Origin: a virus
Reading direction: 5' to 3' (one strand)
Length of the DNA stretch: 64,000 nt
Virus genome (UHGV): UHGV-1368191
In this document: piece by piece, positions 54,101 to 62,829 of the stretch
Numbering within the stretch: position 1 is the first letter of the stretch
Layout: every line of letters starts with the position of its first letter
Program-made: the position numbers and the translations under genes
Notes under the pieces: generated by a model
The model's input: the letters and a program-made list of their open reading frames with translations, nothing else
What the model was told of the DNA's origin: nothing
The model's database searches: none

Positions 54101-56026
54101 AACTACTCCAACTATTCTAACTTGAAATTTACCTTCTAATCCAGGAATAGTGTTATCATTAATATCTGGAGAATAAATGTCTATTATATTCTGGTCTATA
54201 TAATAGTTAGTAGTATTTAATTCCCATGAGAAAAGATTCTTTAGGCTATCAGATAGACTACTATACTGGTCCATTGGATAAGAAGCTACACACCCTACAG
54301 AGTTCTGTATCTCAGCATTCTCATTAGCCCTTATAACTAATGTATTTTGTAAGGTCATACCTGCTGTAAAAGCAGGAATAAGACTTCTATTATTAGTATT
54401 TACAAGATCAATAGTGTCATATCCATTAGTTTCTCCCATAGGCCTAAAAGACCATGATGATACACCATAGGGTAAGTTAGAAGACCTCTGTCTTATATTG
54501 TATAAAGTAGGATTTACTATTCCCTGTAACCTCACCCTGTTATGTCCTATAGCAGGTTCTGCCATAACAGCTCTTACAGCTATGTAATTAGACAAGTCTG
54601 GGGGATTTCCCTCCCAAATATCATCAGACTTAAGCTCTATGGTAGCCTGTGGAATAGTGATTGTATTATCATCAAAATTTACATGAGGTCTCCCTATAGG
54701 TTCATAACTATAAGTATTGTGACCCAGGGAATCACTATGTAAACATATAGGTATCACAGGTGTCCAATCAAGAGTTTTTCTTTGAAATTGCAACCCAAAT
54801 AAGTAGCTATTTCCTTCTTTAAAACCCTTAATTGACTGATTGTCTAAATCAAGATTACTCTCATATGGATATATACCATCAGGAGCATAATAAGGGACTT
54901 TCTTATTGAAAGTAGCAATAGGTAATCCAACTTCCTGGAATCTATTTAAAATATTCTTTAACTGGCCTGAATCTTCACCTATCAATTCAACATTACCTAT
55001 AAACAGTCTACCATCCTTTTGCTCAAAAGTACTAGGGGAAATAGGCTCTGAGGTTTTATATAATATCTCTGTAGGATCTATGGTTTCCTGTGCTGTTCCT
55101 GTATCAACTACCTTGTAGTTTCCAGCTCCACTACTTATTGATACCTCTTTTACTAAATAGGCAGCCACATCCCCATTTATAGAAGTTCTTTGTGTACTGT
55201 AAATTCTTAGATTATCAAAATATTTAGATAACTCTTCAGAAACATTTATACTAAGAATAAAACTGTTAGCTACTGTCTTATCAGCTACTTCTCCCCTGTT
55301 TTTAGGAGACATATAGTACAGTGAAGATTCCCATATTATATTAGTCTCAGCACCATACTTTTTATAAGCTGTAATATAATATTGTATAGTACCCGCTGGA
55401 AAAGAGCCTGTCCCATAATCCTTCTGTATAAATACAGATAAGGGTTCTGAGGAGAACATGGCCTTGGAGTCTATATTATTTATACTTGTATAGGGAGTGT
55501 TATATCTTCTTGTGCTTTGCTGTTTAGGTTGAATATTAGGATCAAGTATATTCAGTTTCCTGAATTGGTTCTTTCCATCAACCCAATACACATTTATAAT
55601 ATCCTCAGTCTCATAGTACATAGTAGCTTCTATAGGATTATCCACACTGAAATTGAAATCTCCAGCAGCTAATATCACTACTTCCTTGGTGTTTAAGTCA
55701 AGTCTATATATTCTATCCTCAACCCCATTTCCAGAGTCCTTAAAGTAAGGACTATCACAAGAGAACACCACTATATATTGGTTAACACTAGCTATTCCTA
55801 TAGGAGTTCCTCCTACTATTTGGTCAGAAGAATATCCATCAGGGATAACCAATGATATATCAAGAGGTTTATCACCTCTTATATTGGTTATTCCTAATAA
55901 TGATGAGTCCTTAGACCCAGTAATACGGATATTCCTGTTTTCAAAGGAATATTGGTTATTAAAGACAAAAGGGTCAGAGTCTTTGCTCATCCCCTTTATA
56001 GTCCAAGTAGTTATCTTCTGTTTCAT
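51164..56026 (-). CDS. large tail protein (1620 aa; tail fibre / muzzle-type candidate)
   Basis: Largest non-giant structural ORF. It is flanked by a terminator and a promoter, and beta-rich composition is predicted. No enzymatic motif recognised. Confidence 0.4.
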   Translation of the reverse strand: MKQKITTWTIKGMSKDSDPFVFNNQYSFENRNIRITGSKDSSLLGITNIRGDKPLDISLVIPDGYSSDQIVGGTPIGIASVNQYIVVFSCDSPYFKDSGNGVEDRIYRLDLNTKEVVILAAGDFNFSVDNPIEATMYYETEDIINVYWVDGKNQFRKLNILDPNIQPKQQSTRRYNTPYTSINNIDSKAMFSSEPLSVFIQKDYGTGSFPAGTIQYYITAYKKYGAETNIIWESSLYYMSPKNRGEVADKTVANSFILSINVSEELSKYFDNLRIYSTQRTSINGDVAAYLVKEVSISSGAGNYKVVDTGTAQETIDPTEILYKTSEPISPSTFEQKDGRLFIGNVELIGEDSGQLKNILNRFQEVGLPIATFNKKVPYYAPDGIYPYESNLDLDNQSIKGFKEGNSYLFGLQFQRKTLDWTPVIPICLHSDSLGHNTYSYEPIGRPHVNFDDNTITIPQATIELKSDDIWEGNPPDLSNYIAVRAVMAEPAIGHNRVRLQGIVNPTLYNIRQRSSNLPYGVSSWSFRPMGETNGYDTIDLVNTNNRSLIPAFTAGMTLQNTLVIRANENAEIQNSVGCVASYPMDQYSSLSDSLKNLFSWELNTTNYYIDQNIIDIYSPDINDNTIPGLEGKFQVRIVGVVPFTSYNSSYIVQTSSAQADLDSPGVLNIPISGDNINYDQDWLRSRPLWKDGIRGDTKGGCIKFQDFPFLPYRDFQAGYITYMWHRQGSLNNDRNIDNTEKAQTAVLDHKIFANLKYSYFTSYFKNGKYFNLSDISENNDGSKIEPLDLRVYNSNEATAISVDSRVYMGNIDTVMVYNLFKRDEENAANTESTAFVENGGYPIVLQDVNGPQIVYGFEGATAIARDYVYGVEPVPIKTKSIPHIVTSLPIKKDTSPGVDTYTTLPSFTYSTYDMDNQPTTIMLNRSLSNTGLTMAYDIQKALDNTKGKGFELAVGIVTSDDLPKTEGEYLIWQKVEIGGGQSSNLYNIWHVQVEIVDSSPSYTYLDDLETGEVISTNEGDLILTITGKVISPVPILIGGTCFVGEFYEGSREFSQGSIVINVSSNPDSFEIDNKELSLIAPSNMKNLPLLYVIDVFEDLQAADIYGLQRKGEGENPDEIAYDQHGLSALRWNVISTSSQIDISDTGCPRFALYLSGDTYFQRWDCLKTYPFTEEDKNSVVEVGSFMLETYNNIQARTDRNRGKLDNTTTRPTNFDLYNEVYNQSQDFIAQQYLEEDLIKNNLFPTTIYWSLNKTIGEPIDTWMKINTISSLDLDGNKGRVTSINRLGNNLYVFQEHGISVILYNEQTQISTTSGVPVEIANSGLVNGKRYISDIVGCNNKWSIVNGMNTLYFIDSATKGIYKLSDSISSISSNTGFIGWSNLNIDDNTWSPNNRNSFLSGYDRTNGEVLFMRDSEALVYSEQLGQFTSFVDYRHTPYITTVDDLNIAIWTDNITGNIKFSELEGGDDKSYGRYLGNYDYSLPPYEYSITLVANPEPMLDKIFDVLEFKGDEMELPMPDNPESVYKKANNDCPFSKVRIWNEYQDSGDISLNQLYGRPSSLKKKFRTWRVNNLRDNKGKGIKDRIRNPWCYIKLTGPVIKEDNVALQNWIHNIALHYFTD

Positions 56027-56027
56027 A

Positions 56028-56714
56028 TTAATGCAACTTTATGTATTCCCTACTTCCCATGTTTCTGAATCCTCTATCAAAATGGGTATTCTTGGGAATT
56101 AGATTATTATACATTCTAGTGAATGCTTCCATCTCTGAAACACTGGGAATAATAAACTCATTATTACATTGTCCAGCCTTAAATGTATACTCTTGCTGAG
56201 TATTCTGTAGTACAGCTGGAGTTATCTTTCCCATATCAAAAAGAATAGTAAACCATTCCTTTTTTATATATAATTCCAAGGTCTTTAGAAATATAGGATT
56301 ATCAGGAAGAAGAGGTAATCCATCCTTGTCAACTGGAATAGCTTTATAGCTTATTTCCACTCTTCCTTTTTTAAAGGAAGTGTAGATTACCCTTCCCTGC
56401 ACTTTAAAGGTTAATTCACCTCTATAGTCCTCATAAGTACCATTGAAATTATCAGTCATCTGTCTCATGCATACACCACTATTGCAGTCTCTCACCTGGT
56501 TTATTGACACCAAGTCACATGGCAACAATCCCCTGTAGTCATCTATATCAACTACCTCATATTTATCTTCATAAGTCTGTGGTATTCCCATGCAAGCTAT
56601 AAAGTCTAAAGTGTACTGAATAGCAGCTTCAAGATTTAAATCCTGAAGTAGAGGATGTCGAAGTACTCTTGATAGTACTTCCCTAAGATTTATATAATTA
56701 AACTCTGAAACCAT
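56028..56714 (-). CDS. virion protein, hypothetical
   Basis: 228-aa ORF, 1 nt from the downstream gene. Confidence 0.35.
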   Translation of the reverse strand: MVSEFNYINLREVLSRVLRHPLLQDLNLEAAIQYTLDFIACMGIPQTYEDKYEVVDIDDYRGLLPCDLVSINQVRDCNSGVCMRQMTDNFNGTYEDYRGELTFKVQGRVIYTSFKKGRVEISYKAIPVDKDGLPLLPDNPIFLKTLELYIKKEWFTILFDMGKITPAVLQNTQQEYTFKAGQCNNEFIIPSVSEMEAFTRMYNNLIPKNTHFDRGFRNMGSREYIKLH

Positions 56715-56791
56715 AATTATTTGCCATAATAAAATTTCTTTCCACTATTATTCCACCATCTCTGTATATCAGGAGTGTTACTCTCTCATTG

Positions 56792-57358
56792 TCAAGTCAT
56801 CCCACATAAGTTCTTCCTCCTTCCAGATTGAAGAGCATCAACAAGACCTAATTTTATATTTCTCTTAAGCTTTGCCTTTAACTCCTTGTTGAACACAAAT
56901 TCATAATACGATTTATTAGGATAATTAGCTTTTACTTTATCATAGTGTATCTTGTAAATCTCCTTCTCCTCAAGTCTTATAAGTCTTCTATCCTCATAAG
57001 CTTTCTTATCCTCATACCATAATCTCAAGGTATTTTCCCAGTCTACAGGAAGATTAGACCTCACTTTCCCAGAGTCATCTATCCACACATTGCCTTGATT
57101 TTTTCTTAGTTCTACTATACCCATTCTACAGGGTAGTTTTACATCATGGCCTAAAACTATCTCATTAGCTAAATGATTATTTATCCTCCTTATTATAGAG
57201 AAATATTGAGACTCACTGAGGATATATTTCTTCTCTTTAGGTTTCTTTTTTCTATATGATTTATAGGCATCATATACACCTAGAGAGCCTCTTATTTTAT
57301 GTATTCTGTGTTCAGAAATCTTTCTTATTCTCTTCTTGAATTCTATAAAACTATCCAT
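56792..57358 (-). CDS. basic protein, possible IHF/HU-like DNA-binding protein
   Basis: 188 aa, Lys/Arg-rich. crAss-like phages are reported to carry IHF-like genes in the structural block. Sequence similarity (VELRKNQGNVWIDDSGKV) is weak. Confidence 0.2.
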   Translation of the reverse strand: MDSFIEFKKRIRKISEHRIHKIRGSLGVYDAYKSYRKKKPKEKKYILSESQYFSIIRRINNHLANEIVLGHDVKLPCRMGIVELRKNQGNVWIDDSGKVRSNLPVDWENTLRLWYEDKKAYEDRRLIRLEEKEIYKIHYDKVKANYPNKSYYEFVFNKELKAKLKRNIKLGLVDALQSGRRKNLCGMT

Positions 57359-58085
57359 TTCCTCCCTCTATTTGTTTCTGTACATCAGATTTCATGTTCC
57401 TTCTTATATACCCCATCATATCTGACAAGTCATCATCAGCATTATTTTGTGGGTCCTCTGGAGCATACTCAGGACCTCTAAGTTCTTGTACAATTAATTG
57501 AATCAACTGATTGACAAAATTATCTTCAATAGGAAACTCAGAGTCAAGGATATCACAAGTCTTATCTCCTTCACAAGCTAGTTTAATAGCTTCTTCAGGG
57601 TCTTCAAAGATAGCTGAGAATTTCATCTTTTTCATGTATAAGAACTGAGGATTTGAAGACTTGAAATATAAATAACTATCAGGTCCTAAAGAACAATAGA
57701 TGATATTACCCATCCACTTATTATGTCCAACATACCTCATTCTATCTCTTGTAATCAACGCTATATCCCCCTGATAAAAATCTATTGGATAAACTCTTGG
57801 GGAACCTATAGTCATGAATACTGGAATTTTCTCCTTACTTCTTAGGTATGAGCCTCCTTCACAAGGTTCTCCAGCTATTGCTGGAACCTCTATTAAATCT
57901 AAACAAAGTGTCTGGTAATTCCCTTCTGAGACATACTTCCTTAGGCTACTTGAATACTCTCTTTTAAGTATCATTGCCCTAAACTTATTTGCCAGGAAGA
58001 TAATGTGATCCTCAGTATAATAGGAATCATCACTGGACATCTTCAGTTCATCAAGAATCATGAATACTAACTGTCTATATGTCAT
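57351..58085 (-). CDS. virion protein, hypothetical
   Basis: 244-aa ORF overlapping the downstream gene by 8 nt. Confidence 0.35.
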   Translation of the reverse strand: MTYRQLVFMILDELKMSSDDSYYTEDHIIFLANKFRAMILKREYSSSLRKYVSEGNYQTLCLDLIEVPAIAGEPCEGGSYLRSKEKIPVFMTIGSPRVYPIDFYQGDIALITRDRMRYVGHNKWMGNIIYCSLGPDSYLYFKSSNPQFLYMKKMKFSAIFEDPEEAIKLACEGDKTCDILDSEFPIEDNFVNQLIQLIVQELRGPEYAPEDPQNNADDDLSDMMGYIRRNMKSDVQKQIEGGNG

Positions 58086-58114
58086 AATAAATTAACTTTT
58101 AATCAATAAAACAA

Positions 58115-58157
58115 GACCTTGTGCAAAGATAGAGAATATCTATCATTTACACAAGGT
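58115..58157 (-). promoter_or_regulatory. nested palindrome (9-bp arms gaccttgtg/cacaaggtc enclosing gatag-agaatat-ctatc) in an intergenic gap
   Basis: Located between the 58171 and 58085 gene boundaries. On the minus strand it is followed by ttgttttatt. Candidate attenuator or operator. Confidence 0.3.
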
Positions 58158-58170
58158 CATAAGAATTTTA

Positions 58171-58521
58171 TTATAGACTAGCTAACCTTATTACTCCTTC
58201 TTCATCCTGCCTTATTATAGTGTTTTCAGTAATTCTTGGAATTGTATTCAATGATTGATTAAATACAGTGTTACACTTATATTCAGGATAGGGGATTAAA
58301 CAAGATGTACCAAATAGCTTATATAGTACACTGGTCAAGGTCTTATAGTCATCATCTGTAACAAAAGAACTCAAATTTCCATTGAGGAGTTCCTCAATAA
58401 ACAACAGAATTACCAGTTTAGCTACTTCCTTGTAACTTTTATACCCAAATATGGATAAAGCATGGAAATAATTCTGCAAACCAGTGAACCCTAATTCAGT
58501 TAATTTATCCATGGCATCCAC
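58171..58521 (-). CDS. virion protein, hypothetical
   Basis: 116-aa ORF. Confidence 0.3.
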   Translation of the reverse strand: MDAMDKLTELGFTGLQNYFHALSIFGYKSYKEVAKLVILLFIEELLNGNLSSFVTDDDYKTLTSVLYKLFGTSCLIPYPEYKCNTVFNQSLNTIPRITENTIIRQDEEGVIRLASL

Positions 58522-59155
58522 AAGAAGTTATAGTAGTTTTACATGGGTTATTGAGGTTCTTGAAATAGTTATTCCATATATTGATAGCTTCAGCATAATG
58601 GCAAGTCTTAAGGCTTAATTCAAGAGCTTTAAACCTAAGATATCTGTCAAGGAAATTCTTTGGAATATCACATACCCTTAAGACTTCCTTCATTGTGCAC
58701 ATCATGGATCTATAATATGGATATAGATTAGCCACCACACCCATAGTGAACTGATTATCCATACCACAAGGAGTATCAGGAGAGGGAATCCCCTTCACTG
58801 TGACATAGACAAAAAACAGTGTCTCCTCAAGTGGTACACCTAAAGTGGTTCTGTTAAGTTCTAACCTAATGGTCTTTTTACCTCCAGGGTCATTGTCATC
58901 TGATTCAGGATTTATCATCGGGTTAAACTTATCCTTATATTGTGAACAGATGGTCTCAGTGGTCACTGGGGTGTCAGCTCCCTCAACAGTATAGCTAAAC
59001 ACAGGGTTTCCACTAGGACCATTAGACATATATGTATCCTGTGTATCCACTATAACTGAATCTATATAGACATTGTCATAATATGGTAAAGTGGACACTG
59101 AGGCATCTATTATAAGGTACTTGTCAGTAACCCTCAACTCATTGAATTTTATCAT
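58505..59155 (-). CDS. virion protein, hypothetical
   Basis: 216-aa ORF. Confidence 0.35.
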   Translation of the reverse strand: MIKFNELRVTDKYLIIDASVSTLPYYDNVYIDSVIVDTQDTYMSNGPSGNPVFSYTVEGADTPVTTETICSQYKDKFNPMINPESDDNDPGGKKTIRLELNRTTLGVPLEETLFFVYVTVKGIPSPDTPCGMDNQFTMGVVANLYPYYRSMMCTMKEVLRVCDIPKNFLDRYLRFKALELSLKTCHYAEAINIWNNYFKNLNNPCKTTITSCGCHG

Positions 59156-59173
59156 ATGCTTCAGTTTTAAGTA

Positions 59174-59201
59174 AATAAAAAAGGGGAGCTAGTGCTCCCC
59201 T
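59174..59201 (-). terminator. intrinsic terminator after the 346-aa gene (minus strand)
   Basis: Hairpin aggggagc-tagt-gctcccct. The plus-strand A-run aaataaaaa gives a T-run on the minus strand. Confidence 0.55.
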
Positions 59202-59216
59202 TAATATTCTAACTCT

Positions 59217-60257
59217 TTAAAGAGTATCTATCTGCAACTCATCAGGAAGCAACGCATTAACCTTAGCTATAAGGGCATTCATGTCAGTGTGACTTCCATC
59301 ATTCTCACATACTATAGTGATATCCTTTTCAGACTTCTGTACACTCTCATTACTACCAGTGGAAGCATAGTGGATATCCAAGGTATCATACTCCTTATCA
59401 GGGTCAACCAGATAAGTGGTCTTTATGATATTAGGATAACCCATCATTCTATACACATCACCTCTAGCACCCATGCAGAAGTATTCAAGGTCAGCTATAT
59501 TCTTTCCATTGATTACAGCATCTCCAAACTCTACTTCAGAATCATAGTCATCAGTACCTACTGGAGTAGCACCACTAGGAGTAGCTTGACCCCAAATAAA
59601 TTCATCACCATCTACAGTAATAGACTTGAATTGTACATCAAAGGGAATAAATCCTTGAGGCATCATTCCTCTTTCCCAAGCTTGCTCTACCTCTTCTACT
59701 ATAATGCCAGTGTAAGTACCAGTAAGAGCACTTTCCTTAGTTTCCTCAGTAAGCTCTGTGGGAGTGCCAGAAGCATCAAGATATACAGTAATCAGCTTAT
59801 TCCACTTATCAGCTTTTACATTCTTAAAGAGAGATACAGCCAATGCCTTATAGAGGTCAGAAGCTGTCATGCCATTTGTTGCTGTAGCAGAAGCATATTT
59901 CTGATATTGGTCTTCCTCACTAAAGCCAATATATTGCCTAAAAGCAACCCTGATTATGTACTCTTGCCCAGCCACTGGGGTATCACTTACAGTGTTATCC
60001 AGGGTGATAAGCACTCTCTTGAGCTTGTGAGCCATCTCATCAGAGGCAGTAGCTTTAATACTCATTACCTTATTTACCTTAATAAGGTCACTTCTTACTA
60101 TACCTCCAGGAGACATATACTGGAAGTACATATGTGTCTTGGCTGTGTCTCCCTTGGGGAGAATGGTACCAGCAGCATCAGAAGCTAAAAGATTAGTACC
60201 ACTTCCAAGTTTCTTGGCAAAGTAAAAATGCCTAACTTGATTAATAGTTTGTCCCAT
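59217..60257 (-). CDS. abundant structural protein candidate (346 aa), terminator-flanked
   Basis: Followed by a strong intrinsic terminator, which suggests high expression. Ser/Thr/Gly-rich beta-type composition. Confidence 0.35.
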   Translation of the reverse strand: MGQTINQVRHFYFAKKLGSGTNLLASDAAGTILPKGDTAKTHMYFQYMSPGGIVRSDLIKVNKVMSIKATASDEMAHKLKRVLITLDNTVSDTPVAGQEYIIRVAFRQYIGFSEEDQYQKYASATATNGMTASDLYKALAVSLFKNVKADKWNKLITVYLDASGTPTELTEETKESALTGTYTGIIVEEVEQAWERGMMPQGFIPFDVQFKSITVDGDEFIWGQATPSGATPVGTDDYDSEVEFGDAVINGKNIADLEYFCMGARGDVYRMMGYPNIIKTTYLVDPDKEYDTLDIHYASTGSNESVQKSEKDITIVCENDGSHTDMNALIAKVNALLPDELQIDTL

Positions 60258-60282
60258 AATTAATATTAATTATAAAGTTATT

Positions 60283-60984
60283 TTATGATCTGTTTATTTG
60301 AGCTTTACTTACTAAAGCAAGTCTTACAGCTCTTTCCAGTATTAATCTGTGCATAGCTGGATTAAGTTCACATCCACTTATGGAGGTCTCATTATTTATT
60401 GATAGATTATCAGGGAGTTCTTCCAGTATTATAGGTTTTGGCTTTGATAAATATCTTACCTTATAACCTTCTATAGAATAAGGGGTGATTATCTCCACTA
60501 TATTACCCTCAATATCAAGCCTCAAAGCTCTTCTTACAGAGGGTCCCCTAAATGGATTTTCCATAATTCTGTAGTACTCATCCTGTGTTATTGGTGTTAC
60601 GAGTATCTCCTTTCCATTATTACATCCAGAGTCTTCTCCATTGAGTTTAACTGACTCATAGGTAATAAACCATACATCATCTGGAAGTTTATAGAAAATA
60701 GAGTTACTTGATAAGCCAATATCTTCCTTAAGTTTATCAACAATAATCTTAGTGAATACTAGAGGAGCCAAATATCTTCTTACCTCTTCAGTATTCTCAA
60801 ATCCTTCTCCATAAGGGTTCTTCCCACTATATATTTCCTTGACAATCTCCTCTTGAGCTTTAGTAAGGAATACTGACTTCTCATATTCATCAAAACTCCT
60901 TATATCAGTGTTTCCAAATCCCTGTTTTAAGAGATGGGTTTGAAGAAGAGAGTCAAATTCATTTGAAAACTCCTCGGGTGTCAT
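60283..60984 (-). CDS. structural protein, tandem paralog 2
   Basis: MTPEEFSNEFDSL...YEKSVFLTKAQEEIVKEIY parallels the upstream gene. Confidence 0.4.
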   Translation of the reverse strand: MTPEEFSNEFDSLLQTHLLKQGFGNTDIRSFDEYEKSVFLTKAQEEIVKEIYSGKNPYGEGFENTEEVRRYLAPLVFTKIIVDKLKEDIGLSSNSIFYKLPDDVWFITYESVKLNGEDSGCNNGKEILVTPITQDEYYRIMENPFRGPSVRRALRLDIEGNIVEIITPYSIEGYKVRYLSKPKPIILEELPDNLSINNETSISGCELNPAMHRLILERAVRLALVSKAQINRS

Positions 60985-60986
60985 AA

Positions 60987-61763
60987 TTATCTACTTTGTG
61001 CTACAATACCCTTTTCAGTTTCACTTTGGACTCCCAAAGCTAATTGAGAAGATAAATCCCCTGTATAAGCTGCCTTTGCCAGCTCAACTGCTCTCTGTAA
61101 AATCTCATGGTGTATTTCAGGGTCAAGCAAACAAGTCTGCTCTTCTGTTTTACCACCAATAGAAAGTCCTGATTCCTCTAAATCCTCAAGGATTATAGGA
61201 GAAGGCCTCTTTATGTATCTTATTTTATAGGATTCATTCTCAGAGTTTACAGTATCATTAGGGCCTATAATGATTTCAGCTTTAGTATTGTCAGTTCCTA
61301 TTAAATCAGTAGAAGTCCCTATTACCCTCCAAGCTTGCCACTTTATGGGATACTTATAGGGTTTTGACATTACCCTTGAGAGGTCAAGATAGCTGATAGG
61401 AACTATGGTAAGAACTATATTCTTACTAGACCTTGTAACTATAATAGTCTCATTGAGTACCATTAGGGCATCACCTACAAATGGAACAAGGAAAGTTTTA
61501 TATCCCAAAGCTCCCTCAGCACCCTGCTCTACTTTAAAACTATCATAAGCTGTAAGCATCGAAAAATCTATTTGTCTCTTAGCACTATCATCATATCCTT
61601 CTTGAAATTTATTCCCTTTAGGATTAAAATATGCTTTGACTATTTCATCTTGTGCCTTAGTAAGAAACACTGATTTCTCATACTCATTAAGACCAGGAGC
61701 AGCATTACTCATTATATTATTATAGAGAATATCAAACTCATTACTAAACTCCTGTGTAGTCAT
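60987..61763 (-). CDS. structural protein, tandem paralog 1
   Basis: MTTQEFSNEFDIL...YEKSVFLTKAQDEIVKAYF. C-terminal ...RAVELAKAAYTG parallels ...RAVRLALVSKAQ of paralog 2. Confidence 0.4.
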   Translation of the reverse strand: MTTQEFSNEFDILYNNIMSNAAPGLNEYEKSVFLTKAQDEIVKAYFNPKGNKFQEGYDDSAKRQIDFSMLTAYDSFKVEQGAEGALGYKTFLVPFVGDALMVLNETIIVTRSSKNIVLTIVPISYLDLSRVMSKPYKYPIKWQAWRVIGTSTDLIGTDNTKAEIIIGPNDTVNSENESYKIRYIKRPSPIILEDLEESGLSIGGKTEEQTCLLDPEIHHEILQRAVELAKAAYTGDLSSQLALGVQSETEKGIVAQSR

Positions 61764-61769
61764 ACTATT

Positions 61770-62750
61770 TTATTGTTTTAATTTAGCCTCAAGACTAAGT
61801 TTTAACTCTTGATGTTTAGGCATATTAAGGTATTTAGCCGCAAAGTTCAATGTAGGCTCTTCATTGTCCTCACATAAAGGAGTACCATCTGATTTAAGAT
61901 AGAGCATTCCTCCCCTATTGCTTATAAGACCTTCTTCAACAGCCTTCTTTATGAGAACCTTAGTGTTTAACATGGGGTCTGTAACTACTTTTACAAAGAG
62001 CTTTGAGTCAGCCTGAATCAATTTACCTACTTTATCTTGTAAGAATTCTATCTTAGAAGTTTTAGCTACAGGTCTACCATCAATAGTCTCTATAATAGTC
62101 CTAAGAATATCAGGATTCTCTTGGATTTTACCAAATTCCATATAAGCTTGCATAGTAGCTGAAAGCTTCTTCTTAGAGGCTTTAGACTCTTCATTTTCAT
62201 GAATTATAACAAACTGATAAGTAGCTTTAGGATGGTCTTCTACCTCCTGAAGAGAAGGTGCTATATAGTCTCTATTGGCTAATAGAACTTTGTATTTAAT
62301 ATAGTCTTCAGGATTAGATAAATCTAAGTAGTTATCCTGCTTTGTGAGTCTCACCATAAAGTTATCCCAATAATTATCTACTTTATTATATATGGATAAC
62401 GCATTATACTCAAGACCCATAACCTCCTCAAGATATGCTTTCTCAGAGTTAGTTAAAACATTAACATATGCTCCAGAACTAAGTCTTGGCACTGTAAACC
62501 ACCTAACAGCACTCTCAGCCATTCCTCCATAGAGAAGATGCTTTGGATTAGTAACTAACCCAGTCTCTTTAGGTAAGTGTTTTACTATTATTCTCTCTTT
62601 CCTTAAACAGCATACAAGGTCACTATCCTCAGATTCATCCCTTTTCTCTTTTCTTCTTGTCTTTTTTATCACTTTAGGTTCTACTCTTTGCATAGCCTGT
62701 TCCTCCATTATAGAGGAATCATCCAATACCATTTTTTCTACCTTTTCCAT
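61770..62750 (-). CDS. virion protein, hypothetical
   Basis: 326 aa with a Lys/Glu-rich N-terminus. Confidence 0.35.
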   Translation of the reverse strand: MEKVEKMVLDDSSIMEEQAMQRVEPKVIKKTRRKEKRDESEDSDLVCCLRKERIIVKHLPKETGLVTNPKHLLYGGMAESAVRWFTVPRLSSGAYVNVLTNSEKAYLEEVMGLEYNALSIYNKVDNYWDNFMVRLTKQDNYLDLSNPEDYIKYKVLLANRDYIAPSLQEVEDHPKATYQFVIIHENEESKASKKKLSATMQAYMEFGKIQENPDILRTIIETIDGRPVAKTSKIEFLQDKVGKLIQADSKLFVKVVTDPMLNTKVLIKKAVEEGLISNRGGMLYLKSDGTPLCEDNEEPTLNFAAKYLNMPKHQELKLSLEAKLKQ

Positions 62751-62789
62751 ATTTATTTCTCCCTTAATAATTAAAATAAACCATTTAAA

Positions 62790-62823
62790 GAAAAAAAGGA
62801 GTAGGAGCTTTCCTCCTACTCCT
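62790..62823 (-). terminator. intrinsic terminator after the truncated capsid-candidate gene (minus strand)
   Basis: Hairpin aggagtaggag-ctttc-ctcctactcct. The plus-strand A8 run gives T8 on the minus strand. Confidence 0.6.
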
Positions 62824-62829
62824 TCTATA

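Noticed and set aside
59289-60188. 299-aa plus-strand ORF antisense to 59217..60257
   Set aside because: The minus-strand gene is co-oriented with the operon and followed by a strong terminator. The plus-strand translation is hydrophobic low-complexity (ILTYYSDILFRLLYTLITT...) without motifs.
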